In this document: positions 16,796-22,480 of the stretch, piece after piece
How the letters are laid out: every line of letters starts with the position of its first letter
Numbering within the stretch: the first letter of the stretch is position 1
Assembly (NCBI GenBank): GCA_043718025.1
Contig: JAYSWN010000163.1
Span: 1-22,480, forward strand
DNA length: 22,480 nt
Source: Pseudomonadota bacterium
GTDB lineage: Bacteria; Bdellovibrionota; FAC87; UBA2466
Direction of reading: 5' to 3'
Notes under the pieces: model-generated
Database searches by the model: none
What the model was told of the DNA's origin: nothing
Seen by the model: only the letters and a program-made list of their open reading frames with translations
Translations under genes and position numbers: made by a program

Positions 16796-17380
16796 TCAGA
16801 GTCCGGGGGGAGTTTTCCCCACAACCCCATGAATATAAAACGGCCTGGCTTCTGTTCGCTCGTGTCCAGTAGCCAAATAGATTGTCTCAAATCCCCGCTC
16901 GAAATAAGTTCTCGAAACGTCCAATCCACTCACTCCTCTTCCTAGTTCAAGATCAATGTAAAGCGGGGTGGAACGATCGAAGTTTTCACATACGAGATCG
17001 AACTCTTGTGCAGATGCAAATGAATGAAGGTTGACTCCCCTTCGCTCCAGAAAAATTCGCCAGCTTTGACGAATTAACGGGCAATCATCAATAAGGACAA
17101 CGCTCCTCGGAATTTGACCAGTGGCAATAGGATCGACGCTCAAGTTTGGTCGCTCTTTAGACAAAGGGAAGTCTTGATTTTGGTTCCCCGTTTCGGTTTC
17201 TTGGTCAATCTGTTCCAAGAGTTGGCCGATTTTGTTCGAGCTAAGCTGCACGAGAACCTTAACTCTGTTCAATTCGTGATGACCTCCCAGATTGGAAAGT
17301 AAAACGCCTGCGCTTTCCAATCCCATGGAGACACCCGCCAACGAATGTCGAACGGTGAACAGATCAATTTTTTTTGGCAC
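16796..17380 (-). CDS. Response regulator receiver protein with N-terminal helical (DHp-like) extension and no DNA-binding output domain
   Basis: Receiver motifs VVLIDDCP...LYIDLELG...SGLD...LATGH...VVGK; GGAG RBS before GTG at 17380. Confidence 0.85.
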   Translation of the reverse strand: MPKKIDLFTVRHSLAGVSMGLESAGVLLSNLGGHHELNRVKVLVQLSSNKIGQLLEQIDQETETGNQNQDFPLSKERPNLSVDPIATGQIPRSVVLIDDCPLIRQSWRIFLERRGVNLHSFASAQEFDLVCENFDRSTPLYIDLELGRGVSGLDVSRTYFERGFETIYLATGHERTEARPFYIHGVVGKTPPGL

Positions 17381-17820
17381 GGTCTTACTCCAATGGTGGG
17401 CCTCTAGGAAGGACCCTACGTGGAGCTACCTATACCACTCGTGACGCAGTGAGTCTATTTACCGGTAAGATCTACTACCCTGGAATTAAGTTGCTAATAA
17501 AATGAATGAAAACTGTCCGTGCGCAGTAAGGTTGGGGATCCCCCCCTACTAGGACTCAATTGGGAAATTGATTCCGGTACTATACCGAATCCAGGCAATG
17601 CAGCAATTTTTCAACTCAAAATCTGACGCTTTTCTCCCCTGATTCCCCACATCCGGAAACAACAACCCACACTTTAGGACTTGAGAGCTCCCTACTAATG
17701 AAGTTCGAGTTTTCAAAGGCGGGCTGATTTTATAATCGCTGAGTTTCGTCAATTTGGAATTTTTAGGTGAAGTATTTACTCGAGGTGGAACGTGAACTCG
17801 GAATGTCGAAGCCTTGCCCG

Positions 17821-19194
17821 TTACCCCCGCCGCCGCGGTTTCGACTGTGAGCTCCAGAACACCAGCACCGCCAAAAAGATCGCCATGGCTACCAGCACCG
17901 GGATTTTTGTTTGGCTTGATGGCCAAGCAAATGGGTTTTGAGGATTGATTTCGGGTGTGGCAACGGCATCACTAACCGCTTCATCAAGGCTAGCTGGGTT
18001 GCGTCCACTTAAAATGGGGTTGGCTTCAACCGGTGATCGATGGGCATTTTCTGCCTTGTAGCTTGATACGCGACTTAAGCGATCGCTTTCGAAGGCCGTA
18101 GCAATCTCATTTAACAAGCCGTCATAAACATTTTCGTCACCCTTGGCGGTGCGTACTGCCTGCTGCAACGCTAAGTCTTTTTCGTTTGAAGAATTGGGCG
18201 CTTTGGCGATCTTGTCTAAATACTCTTTGGCCGCAGCCTTTATTTTTTCTTTGTGCTCTTGAGAAATTTCGGGGGTGCTCTCGGTTGGGCCGGCATCGGC
18301 AGTATGGCGTGCCGGATCAAAGAGTAAACGGCCCTCATTTTTAATTTTTATGCTTGGGGAGCCAACGCTCGGAACTTCTGAAATTCCGTTAGTTACGTTT
18401 GCACCCTTTAGGTTTTCGACCTGACGAATAAGGTATTCGCTGGTGCCCTTAACCTCTTCTTTTGGGGCCTGCCCGTTTAGCAGACTAGGGGCAATGATCT
18501 TAGCGTTGGGATCAGCAAACTGAGAGCGTTTTAGATCTTCGAGAATTCTTTCGCGCACCAACGCCGCGGCCTCTTTAGGGGTGAAAACCATTTCGACGGG
18601 GGCAGCTTCAGCCTTTGGTGCCTGGCGATTACTGAGAATGGTGCCTTGGCCATCGGCAATTGGCGCTTCAAGTTTTACTGGTTTGTTCTCAGGCTCTTTT
18701 TGCCCTTTTTTTACTAATCCATCGGTAGGTTGATTTAACTGTGCGGCCAGAGCGCCGCGAAATTCGTTGAGGCCTTTGTTGCTGTATTGGCCGCTTTTTA
18801 CCAGCTCGTCTAATTTTGAATTGAAGGCCGTGGCGGCGGCGGTGGCCTGATTGTACTGCATGCGCGCGGGAATATTAAATGGATCAGCGGCCACGGCTTT
18901 TGCTGCCTGCACTTGGCTTTGCGTAGCGATGGCGGTTGCGGTCGGTGCGGTTTGGTGAGTAAGAACCGACGGTGGTTGAGGGGTGCCCTGCGAGAAATTC
19001 CCGCTCGACGCGGACCCGCTTTGGCTCGATGTGGAACCAGATACGCTCGATGTGGAACCAGATACGCTCGATGACGCCCCAGTAATCTTCTCGACAAGAC
19101 TTCCGGTTGTCGCCCCCAACCCATCCTCCACTCCTCCGAACGCCGCAGAAGTGACAAAAATAAGTAGGATTGTAATGCGTGTTGCAGAAATCAT
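17821..19194 (-). CDS. Hypothetical exported protein with C-terminal membrane anchor
   Basis: Signal peptide (RITILLIFVTSAAFG), Ser/Gly- and Ala/Gln-rich linkers, RNPAS motif, and a C-terminal TM (IPVLVAMAIFLAVLVFW) followed by a basic tail KPRRRG. Confidence 0.82.
   Translation of the reverse strand: MISATRITILLIFVTSAAFGGVEDGLGATTGSLVEKITGASSSVSGSTSSVSGSTSSQSGSASSGNFSQGTPQPPSVLTHQTAPTATAIATQSQVQAAKAVAADPFNIPARMQYNQATAAATAFNSKLDELVKSGQYSNKGLNEFRGALAAQLNQPTDGLVKKGQKEPENKPVKLEAPIADGQGTILSNRQAPKAEAAPVEMVFTPKEAAALVRERILEDLKRSQFADPNAKIIAPSLLNGQAPKEEVKGTSEYLIRQVENLKGANVTNGISEVPSVGSPSIKIKNEGRLLFDPARHTADAGPTESTPEISQEHKEKIKAAAKEYLDKIAKAPNSSNEKDLALQQAVRTAKGDENVYDGLLNEIATAFESDRLSRVSSYKAENAHRSPVEANPILSGRNPASLDEAVSDAVATPEINPQNPFAWPSSQTKIPVLVAMAIFLAVLVFWSSQSKPRRRG
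19024..19073. repeat. 21-bp tandem repeat, ~2.4 copies (encodes SSSVSG(S/T) units)
   Basis: GCTCGATGTGGAACCAGATAC twice exactly plus GCTCGATG, in frame within the 17821-19194 CDS. Confidence 0.92.
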
Positions 19195-19234
19195 GTGGCG
19201 ACCCTGTCGGTTAAAGGCTTGTTAGTGGTTTAAA

Positions 19235-19250
19235 TGCAACCGGCGAACCA
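19235..19250 (-). promoter_or_regulatory. Putative sigma54 (-24/-12) promoter for the 19194 gene
   Basis: Minus strand TGGTTCGCCGGTTGCA = TGG-N8-TTGCA, exact GG-N10-GC spacing, 40 nt upstream of the ATG. Confidence 0.6.
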
Positions 19251-19359
19251 AAGGAACAAGGCTAAGCCATTGTAACTACTGTCTTTTAATGTTGGGGTAC
19301 TCCATGATTTGACAAGAGATTGACAGATTATGGCCTGCAACCCGCAACCAAATGAATTT

Positions 19360-19372
19360 AATCAACAAATTA
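19360..19372 (+). promoter_or_regulatory. Putative IHF binding site
   Basis: AATCAACAAATTA matches the WATCAANNNNTTR consensus and lies about 30-45 bp upstream of a sigma54 -24 element. Confidence 0.55.
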
Positions 19373-19403
19373 GTGTAAACCCGCGGTGACTACGCGCAGC
19401 CTA

Positions 19404-19419
19404 TGGCATTTTTAATGCA
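19404..19419 (+). promoter_or_regulatory. Putative sigma54 (-24/-12) promoter for the 19491 gene
   Basis: TGGCATTTTTAATGCA has GG-N10-GC spacing with a TGGCA -24 box, about 70 nt upstream of the start. Confidence 0.65.
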
Positions 19420-19490
19420 CAGCATTATTACCAACCGAATTCTTAATGAGTTCGTGTATATTTGGGACCATTAGTTTTTGAGGGTGTCGC

Positions 19491-20261
19491 GTGCGCATAC
19501 AATTTTTAACCAGCCTTTTCGTTCTCTTCTCGTCGCTACAAGTCTGCGTTGCAGAAAAAGCGGGCAAAAATATTTTTCATACCTACCAAGACAACGCCGA
19601 TTGGAGCTGCTCGCCGGAAAAGGTATTGAAGCTTCTGGTTGATTCTCAAAACAAAGAAAAAAACGTGCTGCCAGTTTGTCTCTATAAAGTGAAATGCGAA
19701 AAGGTTCGCGGACAAGCCGAGGCTGAAGTTGACCTTCGGATAATGTGCAAATTGGCGGGCAACCAATGCCTCGACCTTAACGATTGCGCCAAAGAGTTAC
19801 CCGAATATGAAATAGATGAAATGGGTTGGAAGGCCGTTGAGTTGGACCCTCAGCCCGCCGATGGCGCCAACGTGTTAAAATTTGGCGACAAGTGCCAATA
19901 CGTTGAAACCAAACCTACCATTATTTACCGCCAGCTCCCTAATCAGCCGGCTAATACCCCGAGAGAGAAAATCAAGTCCGACACCATGTGCGCCTCGCCG
20001 GTAAAAAATTGCCGCATGCCCGAAGGCCTTAAGGGGAGTTTTTTAGCCACCTGCGACTCGGGCCACTTAAAGACTGGCAAAAAAGAGATCTCGTGCCCGC
20101 CGCCGCAAGATTGTTTGGCGAGGCCAATCCCGCTGCAACCGGCCTTCACCATTTCGCAAGCCGCAGAGCTTTCTTCTAGCGCCGGACGCCCGACCTCGGC
20201 CCCAGTCAACTCACTGGCCAACTCTAAAGCGACCGAAAAAGGCGCCCCCGATAAAAAGTAG
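19491..20261 (+). CDS. Secreted cysteine-rich protein (two 6-Cys modules)
   Basis: Signal-peptide-like N-terminus, 12 Cys in the mature part, low-complexity tail, GAGG RBS. Confidence 0.8.
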   Translation: MRIQFLTSLFVLFSSLQVCVAEKAGKNIFHTYQDNADWSCSPEKVLKLLVDSQNKEKNVLPVCLYKVKCEKVRGQAEAEVDLRIMCKLAGNQCLDLNDCAKELPEYEIDEMGWKAVELDPQPADGANVLKFGDKCQYVETKPTIIYRQLPNQPANTPREKIKSDTMCASPVKNCRMPEGLKGSFLATCDSGHLKTGKKEISCPPPQDCLARPIPLQPAFTISQAAELSSSAGRPTSAPVNSLANSKATEKGAPDKK

Positions 20262-20265
20262 CGCT

Positions 20266-21420
20266 TTGAAAATTTTTGAACTCATTAAAAGGAAGGTTGT
20301 CATCGCAACCTTCCTTTTTGCTTTTTCACTCTGCGCCTTTGCGGGCGACCAATACGTGCGTAGCACCGAACGGCGCGACATCGTACGCAAAGCCCTCGAC
20401 CTGTATGAGGTAACCGTACCCACCGCCAACGGTGACCAACGCTTTGGCCTCACCATTTTCGAAGTGCAAGAGCAAGAGGTGTTTCCCTTTATCGAAAAGC
20501 CCGGCGGCATCACGTTTCTTGATCAATCCCTACGCGCGCAACTACGGCGCGCCTTGCTTGGCACCGTGCGCGACTGGTGGGACCAACACTTATCGGGCGG
20601 CGACCTGTCGTCACTCACCCCCGGCTTTATCGATACGCTGCACGAAGAGCACTCATTCTTCGTGGGCAAAAATTCAATTCTCGTACTCTCCGACCCCGAC
20701 GACTTCACCAATATTCTGGCGATGATCCGCATCGCCAAACCGTCGGTAAACAACCCCCTGGTTCCCCTGCAGCGACAATTTAAAGACACCCTAAAGCCGC
20801 TGCCCTATAGCCCGCTCATCCGCGTGCCCAACAACATCATTCGCATTTACAGCTTCGCCAACGAAGACCCCTACGGTATCGAAATTCAAAATGCCACCGT
20901 GTACGAAGGCGACCTGGTTGAGTTAAAACATTACGGCGCAGTAAAACGCCGCGGCGTCGACCTACCGGCTGTGCTCTTTCACGCCGCCCAAGAACAAGGG
21001 CTGTTTGCCGTATCACGCTTTGAAGAAGGCTCACTGCTGGGGTTGCCCCGCGGCAACGTGCTAATCACGCCACGCTTCGTAGTGGCCGAATCAGACACCC
21101 CCGAAGTGATTGCCCTACTGCTAGCCGCCAACTTTACCGAACACCAAACGTATCCCGGCACCATTAGGCCCGAGCGCGAAACCAAAGTGCTGTTGGGCAC
21201 GTTGTTAGGCTTGAACGAACACTTTCGCCAAATCAACAGCGGCCGCCGCAAAAGCACCAATTTGCCCTTCGTAAAAATAGTTGCCCAAGAAAACGAAGCC
21301 TTCATCCGCCGCTTTTTGGGTCCCGCCTGCAGCGCCGCCATGGCCCGCTCAACGGCTAAGCTTCACGTGGCGGCCCAAGAAAAGCTGCGCGGGGTGCTGA
21401 AGCTGCTAAACCTTAATTAG
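20266..21420 (+). CDS. Hypothetical secreted protein
   Basis: 384-aa ORF starting 4 nt after the previous stop, with signal peptide KRKVVIATFLFAFSLCAFA. No family confidently recognised. Confidence 0.8.
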   Translation: MKIFELIKRKVVIATFLFAFSLCAFAGDQYVRSTERRDIVRKALDLYEVTVPTANGDQRFGLTIFEVQEQEVFPFIEKPGGITFLDQSLRAQLRRALLGTVRDWWDQHLSGGDLSSLTPGFIDTLHEEHSFFVGKNSILVLSDPDDFTNILAMIRIAKPSVNNPLVPLQRQFKDTLKPLPYSPLIRVPNNIIRIYSFANEDPYGIEIQNATVYEGDLVELKHYGAVKRRGVDLPAVLFHAAQEQGLFAVSRFEEGSLLGLPRGNVLITPRFVVAESDTPEVIALLLAANFTEHQTYPGTIRPERETKVLLGTLLGLNEHFRQINSGRRKSTNLPFVKIVAQENEAFIRRFLGPACSAAMARSTAKLHVAAQEKLRGVLKLLNLN

Positions 21421-21502
21421 CTTCGGGTCCGGTGCTTAACTACTATTATGGTTTGAATTTATTTGGAATTCGCCCCGCGTCCCATGCTAAACCGCGTGCA
21501 CT

Positions 21503-22273
21503 ATGCTTAAAGCCACTTTCAGAATTCTATTTTTGAAATTAGCCGATCCAGCGCGTGGAGTTTGGGTATTTGCCCAGAAGCAAGCGCTTCAGCTTAGTGT
21601 CTGCTGCGCTCTTTCTCTCTTCATCATGGGCCCGGCCGCTCATGCAGACGAAAAAAAAGTGACTTGGCGTCCTCAGTTTTCCCTGGCTTGCGTGTTGAGT
21701 TTAACGGCCCTCTCGGCCCTAGGACTCAAAACCTATATGGCGTTAAACCCCTCACTGTCCGTAAGGGCACGGCAAGCCGTGCCAATGGAGACGATGTTCA
21801 TCAGCTCCGGAGCGTTTGAAGGAGTAGACTCAGGGAGGCTCATTACTCAAGATCCCCAGTGGAAAAACCTCACCTATGCCCGCCTGCCCGATTCAAAAGA
21901 GGGACGCGCCGCTACCGCGGCGCTAACGTCCCTAAATGGGAACGGTCAAAAACTTCAAATACGTATAAGGTTTGATTACGGTCAAACCGGCACTTCCCCC
22001 GCCACGGTGGAGATAACGCCCTCGGGCGTACAATCAACCCCCGGAGTGGTGAGCCTGAATTCACTACTCCTATCTGTTGATAAAGAGACCGGTTCAGTTG
22101 CGTCTTCAATTCTTTATTACGATGGTACCACCCACCAGTACGCTTCGTTCAACTTAGGCGACGACCCTACAGAAAAATTGATGACAGTTTTGCGCGATGG
22201 CCGCGGGCTAGCGCTTACGACAATACTGCTCGAAGACGGAAGCCAGGAGATCACCTCCGTGACTGTAAAATAA
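21503..22273 (+). CDS. Hypothetical exported/membrane-anchored protein
   Basis: 256-aa ORF with a signal-like segment ending AHA, a second hydrophobic segment and a beta-rich C-terminal region. Confidence 0.72.
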   Translation: MLKATFRILFLKLADPARGVWVFAQKQALQLSVCCALSLFIMGPAAHADEKKVTWRPQFSLACVLSLTALSALGLKTYMALNPSLSVRARQAVPMETMFISSGAFEGVDSGRLITQDPQWKNLTYARLPDSKEGRAATAALTSLNGNGQKLQIRIRFDYGQTGTSPATVEITPSGVQSTPGVVSLNSLLLSVDKETGSVASSILYYDGTTHQYASFNLGDDPTEKLMTVLRDGRGLALTTILLEDGSQEITSVTVK

Positions 22274-22308
22274 TTTTACCAAGAGGCACCACGTTGATTT
22301 CAATCTCG

Positions 22309-22346
22309 AAACCGGCACCGGCCATCGAAGGGGAGGCGGTTTTTTT
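22309..22346 (+). terminator. Possible intrinsic terminator
   Basis: Imperfect GC-rich stem (AACCG...CGGTT) followed by a T run after the 22273 stop. Confidence 0.4.
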
Positions 22347-22480
22347 GAGAGAGTGTCTCAAAAGTGGTATTTCGCCGTCATTGCCGAAGGCGCACGCAGT
22401 GCGGCTGAAGCAACCCTTTCACTATGAGTGAAGAGGGACGTCGACAAAACCAAGCAGGCCAAAGGTTGCCGCGCCTGCTA
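22343..22480. repeat. REP/MITE-like palindromic element of the GTCATTGC...GAAGCAA(T/C)C type, truncated by the window end
   Basis: TTTTGAGA-N5-TCTCAAAA hairpin (22343-22363). GTCATTGCCGAAGGCGCACGCAGTGCGGCTGAAGCAACCC (22377-22416) has an internal GCAC/GTGC stem. A complementary partner AAAGGTTGCCGCGCC starts at 22461. Confidence 0.55.

Noticed and set aside
17481..17496. TGGAATTAAGTTGCTA as a sigma54 promoter
   Set aside because: Spacing is GG-N9-GC rather than the required N10, and no plus-strand gene follows.
10010..17550. C-run sequences near both island edges (GTCTCCCCCCCGG and GGATCCCCCCCTA) as att or target-site repeats
   Set aside because: Similarity is limited to a homopolymer run, and there is no integrase or tRNA.
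17549..17926. 125-aa minus-strand ORF
   Set aside because: Overlaps the 3' end of the 17821-19194 gene out of frame and has no recognisable motifs or RBS.
19024..19073. Direct repeats as a possible CRISPR array
   Set aside because: The units abut with no spacers, lie in frame within a CDS, and no cas genes are present.
593..22109. Remaining short antisense or overlapping ORFs in the track
   Set aside because: They overlap better-supported genes and show no motifs, RBS or operon logic.

Overview
Bacterial chromosomal window. The lineage is probably Bdellovibrionota or another predatory deltaproteobacterium-like group; this is inferred from the many orphan secreted proteins, an RxPAS motif, AHDIRSPL-type kinases and sigma54 promoters, and cannot be confirmed here. 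The left part holds housekeeping genes (5' part of leuS, a thiolase, a GT4 glycosyltransferase, a NUDIX hydrolase). Next come secreted orphans (a tandem paralog pair, a fascin-like beta-trefoil, an internally duplicated protein), a PLP aminotransferase, a TetR regulator and an unusual signal-peptide + XRE-HTH protein. The centre (~10.0-17.8 kb) looks like a lower-GC island. It carries a tightly coupled minus-strand operon: DHp-like/receiver protein, histamine-N-methyltransferase-like SAM methyltransferase, orphan NMT1/THI5-type binding protein, two YdcZ-type DMT transporters and a membrane hybrid histidine kinase. A convergent MFS-like gene and a two-gene deletion scar lie beside it. This operon is the best candidate for an undescribed 'make-export-sense' small-molecule signalling system. 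The right part has more secreted orphans behind divergent sigma54 promoters and a palindromic repeat element at the window edge.
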